Source: an uncultured Gemmatimonadales bacterium
GTDB lineage: Bacteria > Gemmatimonadota > Gemmatimonadetes > Longimicrobiales > RSA9
Length of the DNA: 64,000 nucleotides
NCBI GenBank assembly: GCA_963798085.1
Contig: CAWCRS010000008.1
Coordinates: 416,001 to 480,000 of the forward strand
Direction: 5' to 3'
In this document: positions 9,739-19,582 of the stretch, in pieces
How the letters are laid out: the number at the start of each line of letters is the position of its first letter
How positions within the stretch are numbered: the first letter of the stretch is position 1
Translations under genes and position numbers: made by a program
Notes under the pieces: generated by a model
The model's database searches: none
What the model was told of the DNA's origin: nothing
What the model saw: only the letters and a program-made list of their open reading frames with translations

Positions 9739-11271
9739 TCAGCGGAAGATGCTGCGTTCGCCGCTGATGCTGCGGGGACGGCTGGCCGACTGTGACGCAG
9801 CCAACTGGTCGAGCTGACGTGTCAGCTCGGGTGCGGAGTACCAGCGACCCTTCACCAGCACGCCGGACCTCGCCTTCACGTTGTGCACGTCCGCGAGCGG
9901 ATTGGCGCTGAGCAGCAGCAGATCCGCGCGCAAACCTTCCGCAACGGTACCGAACTCACCGGTCCGGCCCAGGAACTCGGCCGCGTTGCGCGTCGCCATC
10001 TGCAGCACCTGCGCGGGCGTCAGGCCGGCGGCCGCGAGCATCTCGAGTTCTTCATTGATGGCGAAGCCCGGCAGCACGTAGGGGAAGCCGCCATCCGTGC
10101 CCACCATCATACGCACGCCGGCATCGAAGAACGCCTTCGTCGACTGATTCTCGTTGGCGATGGTGGCGGCGCGCGCGGTGCCGCTGGCCCAGGGTCCCCG
10201 GCCTACCCAGTCGAAGATCAGGTCCTGCGGCAGGTAGCGCATTTCGGGTCTCGACTGGAACGCGGCCTCTTCCGCGGGCGTGAGCATGGCGCGCAGTGTG
10301 ACCAGCGTGGGCGTGCTCCACATGTGTGCGCTGACGAGTCGCTGTGCCAGCTGCCGCATCTTCGAGACGTCCAGTGATGTGTCCCAGCCGCCCTGCGCGT
10401 TGCCCGCGCTGCGCACTTCCGGAAGATAGGCGCCCGCCATGTGCTCGATGGACAGCTGACCCGACGCGAGCACGCGCGTGACGCCTGCCGCGAAGGGTGC
10501 GTGCCCGGCGAAGGCGATGCCACGACTGCGAGCGGAAGCCGCGACCGCATCGAATACGGGCGCAGAAAGATGCTCGTACACTTTCAGGAAGTCGTAACCC
10601 GCGGACTTCAGTAATGCGACGTTGGTATCGGCCTTGGCGGGATCGGTGATCAGGATCGTGCGCGGCCATTGCACGATGCCATCGATGCCGGGACTGGAGA
10701 CGAACATGCGCGGTCCGAGGATCTCGCCGGACTCGACGCGCGTGCGAAAGGCGAGATGACCGGTGGATCCCCACATCTCGCGCACGGTGGTGACACCGTT
10801 CGCCACGTAGAGCAGCGCTTCCAATGTGTAGACCATGTGCACGTGCATGTCGGCCAGGCCGGGCATGAGGAAGCGGCACGTGCCGTCGATCACCGTAGCC
10901 GTGGCCGGAGCCGCGAGCGTCGCGGCGCTGCCGATCCGCTCAATGACGCCGTGATCGAGCAGCACCGTGCGGTCGCGCTGCACAGCCTCGCCCGTCATGG
11001 GAATGATGTTGACGTGCGTGATGGCGATCTCGCCGGTGGCCGTGGTGGGCAGCACCTGGACCGGCGGATCGCAGTTGAGGTCCACGCTCATGGGATCGTC
11101 GTGACACGCGGCCAGCGCCAGCCATCCCACGAGCGTCACGGATTGCAGGCGACGACGCCGCGTCGATCTCTGCTTCCTGCTGTCTGACAATGTGTTTGGG
11201 CCGGCGGCACGCGCGGCCGGGCTGGCCGGTGGTGGCGCGCAGGCGGATGCGGGCAGGATGGTCGCTCTCAT
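9739..11271 (-). CDS. Metal-dependent amidohydrolase family protein (probable lipoprotein)
   Basis: LMPGLADMHVH, NGVTTVREM, MVGTDGG, GTVAEGLRADLLLLSANPL; LAAC lipobox; start uncertain. Confidence 0.88.
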   Translation of the reverse strand: MRATILPASACAPPPASPAARAAGPNTLSDSRKQRSTRRRRLQSVTLVGWLALAACHDDPMSVDLNCDPPVQVLPTTATGEIAITHVNIIPMTGEAVQRDRTVLLDHGVIERIGSAATLAAPATATVIDGTCRFLMPGLADMHVHMVYTLEALLYVANGVTTVREMWGSTGHLAFRTRVESGEILGPRMFVSSPGIDGIVQWPRTILITDPAKADTNVALLKSAGYDFLKVYEHLSAPVFDAVAASARSRGIAFAGHAPFAAGVTRVLASGQLSIEHMAGAYLPEVRSAGNAQGGWDTSLDVSKMRQLAQRLVSAHMWSTPTLVTLRAMLTPAEEAAFQSRPEMRYLPQDLIFDWVGRGPWASGTARAATIANENQSTKAFFDAGVRMMVGTDGGFPYVLPGFAINEELEMLAAAGLTPAQVLQMATRNAAEFLGRTGEFGTVAEGLRADLLLLSANPLADVHNVKARSGVLVKGRWYSAPELTRQLDQLAASQSASRPRSISGERSIFR

Positions 11272-11390
11272 GGTCCCGCCCTTCCAGCAGGTGTGCGAGA
11301 AGCAGATCCGTCAATCAGGGGAACGCATCGTCAGGATCGAACGAAACGCGCCGGCGCGCAAGTCACGCGAGCGCGCAACAAATCGTCGCA

Positions 11391-13100
11391 TCAGCGATTG
11401 TGCTCGAAATCGCGATGGGCGTTCTCGCGCCGATAGGCGGCGACGGCGGCGCACGACGCGTCGGCCTGCTCTGGTGTTACCTCGGCGGGCACGCGGAAGA
11501 GCCATGTGCGCGGCGGAAACACTTCCGCGACAGCGAGCTGGCGGCAGTTGGCCGCCACGAGATCCACCAGGCGAGCGGGCTCCATCAGCTCGAGGCTGCC
11601 CAGCAGGATCCACGCGGCCCCGCGCTGCTGCAGCCACGGCAGGAACGACGCACTGTCCTGCGAGAGTGCGCGCGCCCAGGAAACGGCCTGCCGGCCCGTG
11701 TAGCGATAGAGCGCACCCGATTTGACGGCGAGCAGGTGCGCATCGGGTGGTGTGTTCGCGCGGATCCAGCGCAATGCCTCGAAGTAGCTCTTCTGATCCG
11801 TGAACAGACAGGAAGCGGGCGGGAGGTCGCCGCTGCGGTCACACACCATGTTGGTGCGTGCCTGCGCGACGGAGCGCGCACCACCACTGATGCCCAGGAG
11901 CAGCGCGAGTGCCAGGGCCGCGGGTAACGCGAATGTTTGGCGCACGCGGCCGGCCAGCCACGCGGCACCGAGCAGCATGGTGACGATGAGCAGCGGCACC
12001 ACAGGCAACAGGAAGCGCTCGACGGCCCACAGCCACACGATCATCAGCAGCGCATAGCACAACAGATACAGCGCAGCCGGCCGCCAGCGCCGCCAGAGCA
12101 CCCACGCACCGGCACCGAGCGTCGCAGCCAGCAGCATGGCGAGGGCCACGTTGTCGATGGGCGTGCCCGCGACACTGGGCAGAGACAGCTCCCAGGGCAG
12201 TGCACGGGTGGCATAGAACGCGAGCGCATCGAGCGAGCGGCGAGGCAGTGGTGGCATGAAGGCGCTGCCGCTCCACAGCGAGCGCAGTTCCGCTGCATAG
12301 TTGGAGCCCACGGCGAGCGTTGGGCCGAGCGCGAGCGACACGAGCCACGCGCCCACCGCGCACACGCCGATGGTCGCAATGGGCACAACCATGCGCCAGC
12401 GTTTCTCCAGTGCCCAGTGCAGCAGCAGCGCAGCCAGCAGTGTGACGCCCACCATGCGCGTGAGGGAGGCATAAAGCGCTGCGACGGCGGCGAGTGCCAG
12501 CCAGCGTTGCGCGTGATGCGTGGGCAGGCGCGAGGCATTCGCGCCGAATGCGCCGGCGGATTCGCCCTCGCCTGGAGCGCCCGCCGCGCGCAGCACCGCG
12601 TAGAGCGCGAGCAGTGACAACAGCGTGTATGCGGCTTCCGAGCGGATGGCGCCGCCGAAGTGCACGAACTCGGGATTGAGAGCGGTCACGAGCGCGGCGG
12701 CCGCAGCCAGGCGAGGATCGGCAACGCGGCGTACCGCGAGGAAGATCACGATCAGGCTGCCCAGCGAGAGCAGCAGGCTGAGCGCGACGAGCGCATCGTA
12801 GCCATCGCCCAGCACGCCGCCCCAGAGCGCGAGCAGCACGGGATACCCGGGTGGGTACTGCGCCCTCGCCGGCGGATCGGAGCGGAAGAGGAGGTGGTAG
12901 CCGCCGTGTCGCAGCGACTGGCCGAGCACAATGTACTCGACGTCGTCCTGGCCGGTGAGAATACCGGGATCACGCGCGAGCCAGGCGAGCAGCGCGTGCG
13001 CGACGAGCGCGGCCAGGAGCAGGGCGAAGGCAATGCGACGCGCAGCCCAAGCCGCGTCGTCGCCTCGATCCCGGATCGCGTGAGCCGCCCCCATCATCAC
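11391..13100 (-). CDS. GT-C fold membrane glycosyltransferase (ArnT/PMT-like)
   Basis: DDVEYIVLGQSL, YPPGYPVLLAL, IRSEAAY, ERFLLPVVP; many TM segments. Confidence 0.75.
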   Translation of the reverse strand: MMMGAAHAIRDRGDDAAWAARRIAFALLLAALVAHALLAWLARDPGILTGQDDVEYIVLGQSLRHGGYHLLFRSDPPARAQYPPGYPVLLALWGGVLGDGYDALVALSLLLSLGSLIVIFLAVRRVADPRLAAAAALVTALNPEFVHFGGAIRSEAAYTLLSLLALYAVLRAAGAPGEGESAGAFGANASRLPTHHAQRWLALAAVAALYASLTRMVGVTLLAALLLHWALEKRWRMVVPIATIGVCAVGAWLVSLALGPTLAVGSNYAAELRSLWSGSAFMPPLPRRSLDALAFYATRALPWELSLPSVAGTPIDNVALAMLLAATLGAGAWVLWRRWRPAALYLLCYALLMIVWLWAVERFLLPVVPLLIVTMLLGAAWLAGRVRQTFALPAALALALLLGISGGARSVAQARTNMVCDRSGDLPPASCLFTDQKSYFEALRWIRANTPPDAHLLAVKSGALYRYTGRQAVSWARALSQDSASFLPWLQQRGAAWILLGSLELMEPARLVDLVAANCRQLAVAEVFPPRTWLFRVPAEVTPEQADASCAAVAAYRRENAHRDFEHNR

Positions 13101-13231
13101 GGCAGAAACATACGCGCTTCGGGCCGGGTCCGCCGCCCGGATCGCGCGCGGCCTTGACCGCGAGGCCCCACGGGGCCAAGCATCAGGCGCGACGACGGGG
13201 TGTGCGTCGCTGTACTACCGTTGCGTCAGGC

Positions 13232-13954
13232 ATGAACACGCGGCTCGAGCTGGAGATAGAGGGGCAACCCGACGACGCGTCCTGCGGGCCCGCCTGCCTG
13301 CACGCGGTCTATCGCTTTTTCGGCGACGACATCGCGCAGGAGCGGGTGATCGCCGAAGTGGAGCTGCTGGACACGGGCGGTACGCTCGCGGTGCTGCTCG
13401 CGCTGCACGCGTTGCGCCGCGGCTTTCGTGCGACCATCTACACGTACAACCTGCAGCTCTTCGATCCGACGTGGTTCCACGGCGGCGGTGTGAATCTGGC
13501 CGAGCGGCTGGAGGTGCAGGCGGCGGAGAAGGAGGACAACAAGCTGCGCTTCACGACGCAGGCGTACATCGAGTATCTGTCGCTGGGCGGCGTGGTCCGG
13601 TTCGAAGAGTTGAATCCCGGTCTGATCCGTTCCTTCCTCGAACGGCGCCTGCCGGTGCTGACGGGGCTTTCGGCCACATACCTGTACGACTGTGCCCGGG
13701 AGACCGGCTGGGCCAAGCTGGAATACGATGATGTGCGTGGCCACCCGACCGGTCATTTCGTGGTGCTGAGCGGGTACGACGCGGCACGCGACGAGGTGCG
13801 CGTCGCCGATCCGCTGAAGGACAATCCCGGCTACGGCACGCATGACTACGCCGTCGGCATGCAGCGCCTGCTGGGCGCGATCCTGCTGGGCGTGCTCACC
13901 TATGATGCGAACATCCTGATTCTCGAGCCCGGTCGTGGAGGCAGGCGCGCGTGA
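13232..13954 (+). CDS. C39-like papain-fold cysteine peptidase
   Basis: QPDDASCGPACL (Cys), GHFVVLSGYD (His), VADP (Asp). Confidence 0.85.
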   Translation: MNTRLELEIEGQPDDASCGPACLHAVYRFFGDDIAQERVIAEVELLDTGGTLAVLLALHALRRGFRATIYTYNLQLFDPTWFHGGGVNLAERLEVQAAEKEDNKLRFTTQAYIEYLSLGGVVRFEELNPGLIRSFLERRLPVLTGLSATYLYDCARETGWAKLEYDDVRGHPTGHFVVLSGYDAARDEVRVADPLKDNPGYGTHDYAVGMQRLLGAILLGVLTYDANILILEPGRGGRRA

Positions 13955-15426
13955 GAACGTTGCTGGTGGTGGAGAAACCGGAGCGCTGGCCGTTCGATGT
14001 GCCGGGCGCGCAGATCGTCTCGGGGTGGGACTACCTGACACGGGCACAGTACGCGGAAACGCGGCGCATTGCGGTCTACAACGCGTGTCGCGTGTACGGC
14101 TATCAGCGACTTGGCTATTACGTGTCACTGCTGGCCGCAGCGAGAGGCCATCGCGTGATGCCCGACGTGGAGACGCTGCAGGCGTTCGGCGTCGGACCCC
14201 TCGCGCGCATCGCATCAGAAGAACTGGACGAGATGATCCAGCGCGCGCTGGCGCCGCTCACCGAGAGCGAACTGGAGCTGAGCATCTACTTCGGGCACAA
14301 CGTGGCGCCGCGCTTCGAAACACTGAGCAAGGCGCTGTTCAATCAGTTTCCCGCCCCGTTCCTGCGCGCCATGTTCGCGCGCGGCAAGCACGAATGGCGG
14401 CTGGAATCGATCCGCCCGCTGGCGGGACACGATGTACCGGAAGAGCATCGCGATTTCGCCATCGAGAGAGCCAGTGCGTTCCTGGCGAAAGGCGGGCGCA
14501 CGCCGCAGCCGCCGCAGCCCGAACCCTGGGATCTGGCGATTCTCTGGGATGAGAAAGCGCCGGACAGCGCATCCGATGAAGCCGCCATCCGCCGATTCAT
14601 CCGCGTGGCCAAGAAGGTGGGCATTGATGCCGACATCATCGAAGCCGACGACTATCAGCGGCTGGCCGAGTTCGATGCACTGTTCATTCGCGATACCACG
14701 AGCGTCAACCACTACACGTATCGCTTCGCGCAGCGCGGCGTGGCGGAAGGCCTGGTCGTGATCGACGACCCGCAGTCCATCATCCGCTGCAGCAACAAGG
14801 TCTATCAGGCCGAGCTGTTCGTTCGCTACGACATCCCGCACCCGCGCACGCTCATCGTGCACGCCGAGAACGTGGACCGCGTGGTTGCCGAGACAGGCTT
14901 TCCCTGCGTGCTCAAGCGACCCGATGCTTCTTTCTCCGCGGGCGTGGTCAAGGCCGAGGACCAGGCCGCACTGGCGCAGCACTTGAAGTCGTTCTTCGAC
15001 TCCTCCATGATGGTGGTCGCGCAGGAGTACCTCCCCTCGGAATTCGACTGGCGCATTGGCGTGCTGGACGGCCGCGCACTGTACGCGTGCCGCTATTTCA
15101 TGGTGCGCGGACACTGGCAGATCGTGCACCGCCGCGATGGCGGAATGCACCGCTATGGCAAGGTGGAGACCGTGCCCATCGAGGAGGCGCCCGCGGTGGC
15201 GGTGCAGCTGGCCGTGCGCTGCGCCCGCCTGATCGGCAACGGCCTGTATGGCGTGGACATCAAGGAAGCGGACGGCAAGTTCTACGTGATCGAGGTCAAT
15301 GACAATCCGAACATCGACAGTGGTGTGGAGGACGAAGTGCTGAAGGACGATCTCTACCTGGCGGTGATGCAGCTCTTCCGCGATCGCCTGGATGCACGAC
15401 GCGCACCCGAGGAGGCCGTGAAGTGA
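13951..15426 (+). CDS. RimK-family ATP-grasp ligase with RLAN N-terminal domain
   Basis: YNACRVYGYQRLGYYVSLLAAARGH (RLAN); FDALFIRDTT, VLKRPDASFSAGV, QEYLPSEFDWRIGVL, YGVDIK, VIEVNDNPNID. Confidence 0.9.
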   Translation: MRTLLVVEKPERWPFDVPGAQIVSGWDYLTRAQYAETRRIAVYNACRVYGYQRLGYYVSLLAAARGHRVMPDVETLQAFGVGPLARIASEELDEMIQRALAPLTESELELSIYFGHNVAPRFETLSKALFNQFPAPFLRAMFARGKHEWRLESIRPLAGHDVPEEHRDFAIERASAFLAKGGRTPQPPQPEPWDLAILWDEKAPDSASDEAAIRRFIRVAKKVGIDADIIEADDYQRLAEFDALFIRDTTSVNHYTYRFAQRGVAEGLVVIDDPQSIIRCSNKVYQAELFVRYDIPHPRTLIVHAENVDRVVAETGFPCVLKRPDASFSAGVVKAEDQAALAQHLKSFFDSSMMVVAQEYLPSEFDWRIGVLDGRALYACRYFMVRGHWQIVHRRDGGMHRYGKVETVPIEEAPAVAVQLAVRCARLIGNGLYGVDIKEADGKFYVIEVNDNPNIDSGVEDEVLKDDLYLAVMQLFRDRLDARRAPEEAVK

Positions 15427-16295
15427 AACGCGTGCTGCGCTGGGGCGCCATCGGGCTCGCGGGCCTGGTGGTGCTGGTGCTCATCGCCGCGTGCACGCTC
15501 TGGATCCGTTCGCTGATGATCCGGCGCCACACGTACACGCTCGCGCTCGAGCCCTTCAGGGTGCCCACGGATTCCGCTTCCATTGCGGCCGGTGAGCGGC
15601 TGGCCACGATACACGGCTGTTATCACGGCTGTCACGGCACGCAGATGCAGGGGGACAGCGTGTTCATCAACGAGCCCATGCTGGCAGTGGTGGGCACGCC
15701 GAACCTCACGCGTGCGGTGCGTGAGTATTCCAATGGCGAGCTGGAGCGTGTGATCCGTCACGGCGTGCGCCGGAATGGCCGGTCGGTGTTCGTCATGCCC
15801 TCACAGACCCTGGCTCGCCTGACCAACGACGACCTGGGCAGGATCCTCGCCTTCATCCGCAGCAAGCCGGAACGCGAAGGTCCCGCGTTCCGCATGCGGC
15901 TGGGGCCGCTGGGCATCCTGGGTGTAGCCACGGGCCAGTTTCCGGCTGCGGCGAAGGTGATTCCGCCCAACACCCAGCACATCGCGCCCGATCTGTCGCA
16001 GCCGGCGGCGCTGGGCGACTACCTGGTGCACACCATCTGCTCCGAGTGCCACGGCCAGGACCTGCGGGGCAATGCGCAGTTCCCATCACCCAGCCTGGCT
16101 CTTGCCAGCACGTACCCGCTCGAGGATTTCCGCGCCTTCATGCGGACAGGCATTGCGGCCGGCGGCCGCGAGCTGAAGACCATGACGCCGGAGGCAAAGC
16201 AGAATCTGTCGGCGCTCACCAATGCGGAGATCGACGCCATCTACGGGTACCTGCGCTCGATCACGGGAGCGCTGGCGCGCATGGCGCAACGCTGA
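15423..16295 (+). CDS. Membrane-anchored diheme cytochrome c
   Basis: N-terminal TM helix; heme motifs CYHGCH and CSECH; PNLT and distal MP motifs; GTGA overlap with the rimK-like gene. Confidence 0.8.
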   Translation: MKRVLRWGAIGLAGLVVLVLIAACTLWIRSLMIRRHTYTLALEPFRVPTDSASIAAGERLATIHGCYHGCHGTQMQGDSVFINEPMLAVVGTPNLTRAVREYSNGELERVIRHGVRRNGRSVFVMPSQTLARLTNDDLGRILAFIRSKPEREGPAFRMRLGPLGILGVATGQFPAAAKVIPPNTQHIAPDLSQPAALGDYLVHTICSECHGQDLRGNAQFPSPSLALASTYPLEDFRAFMRTGIAAGGRELKTMTPEAKQNLSALTNAEIDAIYGYLRSITGALARMAQR

Positions 16296-16302
16296 CGGTG
16301 GC

Positions 16303-17544
16303 GTGAGCGAAGCAGCGCGCTACGGGCTGTTCGAGCGCTACGGCGTCGAACTCGAGTATATGATCGCGGACCGCGACACGCTCGCGGTGCGTCCCATTGC
16401 CGACCGGCTGCTGGTCGACGGGCAGGGCCAGCCGCAGTCAGAGATCGCGCAGGGTGCGCTGGCCTGGTCCAACGAGCTGGTGCTGCACGTGCTGGAACTG
16501 AAGACGGCGGAGCCGGCCGCGTCGCTGCACGGACTGGCGGACACCTTCCAGGCCAGTGTGGGCCATGCTAACGCGCTGTTGGAGGAACAGGACGCCTGCC
16601 TGCTGCCCACGGGCATGCACCCGCGCATGGACCCGGCCCTGGAGATGCGGCTCTGGCCGCACGAGTACGGCGAGGTGTACGAGACGTTCGACCGCATCTT
16701 CAACTGCAGCGGTCACGGCTGGGCCAACCTGCAGGCGGCGCACCTGAACCTGCCCTTCGCCGGTGCTGATGAGTTCCGGCGCCTGCACGCCGCTGTCCGC
16801 GTGGTACTGCCGCTGCTGCCCGCGCTGGCCGCCAGCTCGCCCATCATGGAAGGCCGCGTCACGCGTCTGCTGGACACCCGGCTGGAAGTCTGCCGCCACA
16901 ACGCCGACCGTGTGCCCTCTGTAAGCGGACTGTTAGTGCCGGAGCCGGCGCGCAGCGAAGGCGAGTATCAGGACACCATCCTGCGCCGCATCTACCGTGA
17001 TCTGGCGCCCCTCGATCCGGGCGGCGTGCTGCAGGAGGAATGGGTCAACGCGCGCGGCGCCATCGCGCGCTTCACGCGCGGCACCATCGAGGTGCGCGTG
17101 CTGGACGTGCAGGAGTGCCCCCTGGCCGACCTGGCCATCGCCGCCGCCATCACGGCCGTGGTGCGGCGACTGGCGGAGGAAGCCACGGCGCCGGTGCGGG
17201 CCATGGACAGCATGTCCACAGAGCAGCTCGCCGCCATCCTCGACGCCACCATCGAAGCAGGCGACGATGCCCGTCTCAATGCGCGTCCCTACCTCGACCT
17301 CTTCGGCTGGCCCCGCGGCTCCTGCAGCGCACGCGACCTGTGGAGCTTCCTGATCGAACAGGGCCTCGACGACGGCCCCGACCGCGCCCGCTGGGAGCAC
17401 GCGCTCGAACACATCCTCTCGCAAGGCTGCCTCGCCCGCCGCATCCTGCGCGTCATCGGGCCGGTCGTGGACGCAGACCGGATTGATCGGGCGTGGCGCG
17501 AGCTTGCGGATTGTCTGGAGCAGGGAGCGCAGCTGGCGACTTGA
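16303..17544 (+). CDS. Glutamate-cysteine ligase family 2 (GCS2) carboxylate-amine ligase
   Basis: YGVELEYMI, WSNELVLHVLELKT, LLPTGMHP, HGWANLQAAHLNLPF, LAASSP, NARGAIARF, IEVRVLDVQE. Confidence 0.88.
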   Translation: MSEAARYGLFERYGVELEYMIADRDTLAVRPIADRLLVDGQGQPQSEIAQGALAWSNELVLHVLELKTAEPAASLHGLADTFQASVGHANALLEEQDACLLPTGMHPRMDPALEMRLWPHEYGEVYETFDRIFNCSGHGWANLQAAHLNLPFAGADEFRRLHAAVRVVLPLLPALAASSPIMEGRVTRLLDTRLEVCRHNADRVPSVSGLLVPEPARSEGEYQDTILRRIYRDLAPLDPGGVLQEEWVNARGAIARFTRGTIEVRVLDVQECPLADLAIAAAITAVVRRLAEEATAPVRAMDSMSTEQLAAILDATIEAGDDARLNARPYLDLFGWPRGSCSARDLWSFLIEQGLDDGPDRARWEHALEHILSQGCLARRILRVIGPVVDADRIDRAWRELADCLEQGAQLAT

Positions 17545-17707
17545 ACGGCGGGCTGGTTGCGTCGGAGCAGTCGGCTCGCGTCAGCGTAGCCGGACTTGCC
17601 CGCCGGGTCGTACTCGACGAGCCCGGCAACATCGCAGTTCCATCCACTTCCCGCCAACCTGGGCGTAAGACGGACAATACAAACACGGTCACCCGGATGG
17701 AGGTTGC

Positions 17708-18370
17708 ATGTCAGACTCGTTTGAGACAGATCTGCGAATCCGTGCGCTCGAACGGCAACTTCAGTGGCATCGGCGAGTCGGTGGCGTAGCGGCGATCGTC
17801 GGAGCAATGCTGGCCTGGGCAGCGTTCCAGGCACCTGAACAGAGAGCGCGATTCACAGAAGTCAATGTGGAGCGGCTGAACGTTGTCGAGCCTGACGGCC
17901 AGCCGGTTCTCTCCATGGCGAATACAGCCAGGCTGCCCGCCCCGCTTCATGACGGCAAGACGGTGGCGACAGATCGAACCGGGCCCGGGATGATCTTCTT
18001 CAATGGGAAGGGGGAAGAAGTAGGCGGCCTGATTTATGGCGCCCGTCAGACCGCCGACGGATACGCTGCCGGCGCGCACTTGTCGTTCGATCAATTCCGT
18101 AGCGATCAGGTCGTGTATCTGGACTATCAGGACAATGGTACTACGCTCAAGGCAGCGGGGCTTTACGTCGTGGACCGCGACCGCAACGATCCATTGCGTA
18201 TTCCCAGCGCGCAACGGATCTTTGTCGGCTCCGTAAACGAGACGGCCATGGTTCGTCTGCGCGATCGTGGCGGCAAGGATCGCATTCGTTTGTCGGTGAG
18301 TCCTGAGGGCGTCGCAAGCCTGGAGTTCCTTGATGCGAACGGCAGGGTGGTTGATCGCCTTCCGAAGTAG
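17708..18370 (+). CDS. Hypothetical membrane-anchored protein
   Basis: GGAGG RBS, N-terminal coiled/TM segment, VERLNVVEPDG, RIRLSVSPEGVASLEFLDANG; more AT-rich codon usage than neighbours. Confidence 0.7.
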   Translation: MSDSFETDLRIRALERQLQWHRRVGGVAAIVGAMLAWAAFQAPEQRARFTEVNVERLNVVEPDGQPVLSMANTARLPAPLHDGKTVATDRTGPGMIFFNGKGEEVGGLIYGARQTADGYAAGAHLSFDQFRSDQVVYLDYQDNGTTLKAAGLYVVDRDRNDPLRIPSAQRIFVGSVNETAMVRLRDRGGKDRIRLSVSPEGVASLEFLDANGRVVDRLPK

Positions 18371-18386
18371 CCCCCACTGGCAGCAT

Positions 18387-19466
18387 TTGAATCCATTCGA
18401 TCTGACTCCGCGCGGTACCCGTCGGCCGCGGTGTCGCTGCGGAGCGGCCGCGGGTAAGGCTCTACGGGTCATCTCTCTGGGCCTGCTCGGTTCGCTCCTG
18501 GCCGCGCCCCGGGCTGGCTCGCAGAACGTGACATGGCCCGCGCCGCGGGCGCGGCATCACATGGTCTACGATCCGGGAACCCATCAGGTGCTGCTGTTCG
18601 GCGGGGCACGGCGCATGCCGGACGGGACTGGCCGCGACAGCACGCTGTGGAGCTGGAACGGCTCCAGCTGGTCATCGCAAACGACGGCACTTGCCGAGCC
18701 CGCGAATGACGCGGCGGCCTATGATCCGGAACGCAATCGGCTCGTCATGCATGGGGGCTCCGGGCTGGGTGCCGGTGTTGAGCTCGACGAAACGCTGGAA
18801 TGGGATCACCATGCATGGCAACTCATCCGTTCCGCCGGTCCAGGCGCGCGGGCGCATCACGCCATGGTTTACGATGCCGTGCGTAAGCAGATCGTGTTAT
18901 TCGGCTCCAGTGATGACACGCCAGACACCGATACGTGGGGTTGGGACGGCCATGCCTGGAAGAAGCTCGCAAGCGATGGGCCGCCTGCGCGGGGTGTGTA
19001 TGGCGTTGCGTTCGACACGCAACGCGGGGTGACGGTCATCTTCGGCGGCTGCTGTGCCCGGGGCGTCGGGCTTCTTGGCGACACGTGGGAATGGGATGGC
19101 CAGCGCTGGACACACATCCTCACGCCGAACGCACCTTCGCCGCGCTTCGATACGAACATGGCGTATGATCCTTTGCGCAGGCGCGTGGTGCTGTTCGGTG
19201 GACGAAGTGGCAATACCAATGTCGGCGACACGTGGGAGTACGACGGACGGGCATGGACGAAGCTCAATGTCGCCGGACCATCGCCCCGTAACGGCCACGC
19301 GCTGGTCTACGACCCCGACGCGAAGGCCATCCTCCTGTTCGGGGGCCGCAATGAGCCCACGTATTTCAACGACTTCTGGGCTTTCGACGGGGCCTGGAGG
19401 CAGATCCCGGAACGTCGAGCGGCACAGTCGCATCACGACCCGACCCTGACGATCGTTGAACCCTGA
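18387..19466 (+). CDS. Exported Kelch-repeat beta-propeller protein
   Basis: Six repeats of PxxRxxHxMVYD...VLFGG...DTWEWDG; start uncertain. Confidence 0.85.
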   Translation: MNPFDLTPRGTRRPRCRCGAAAGKALRVISLGLLGSLLAAPRAGSQNVTWPAPRARHHMVYDPGTHQVLLFGGARRMPDGTGRDSTLWSWNGSSWSSQTTALAEPANDAAAYDPERNRLVMHGGSGLGAGVELDETLEWDHHAWQLIRSAGPGARAHHAMVYDAVRKQIVLFGSSDDTPDTDTWGWDGHAWKKLASDGPPARGVYGVAFDTQRGVTVIFGGCCARGVGLLGDTWEWDGQRWTHILTPNAPSPRFDTNMAYDPLRRRVVLFGGRSGNTNVGDTWEYDGRAWTKLNVAGPSPRNGHALVYDPDAKAILLFGGRNEPTYFNDFWAFDGAWRQIPERRAAQSHHDPTLTIVEP

Positions 19467-19582
19467 CGAACGATCCGCGGTCGGCTGCGGCGCTCAGTGA
19501 ACCCATCAGCGGTCAGGCGTCATGACTTCCGCGTTCTGCAGAACAGAACGCTTCTAACAGAATATTACAGAAGGCCGGTGCG

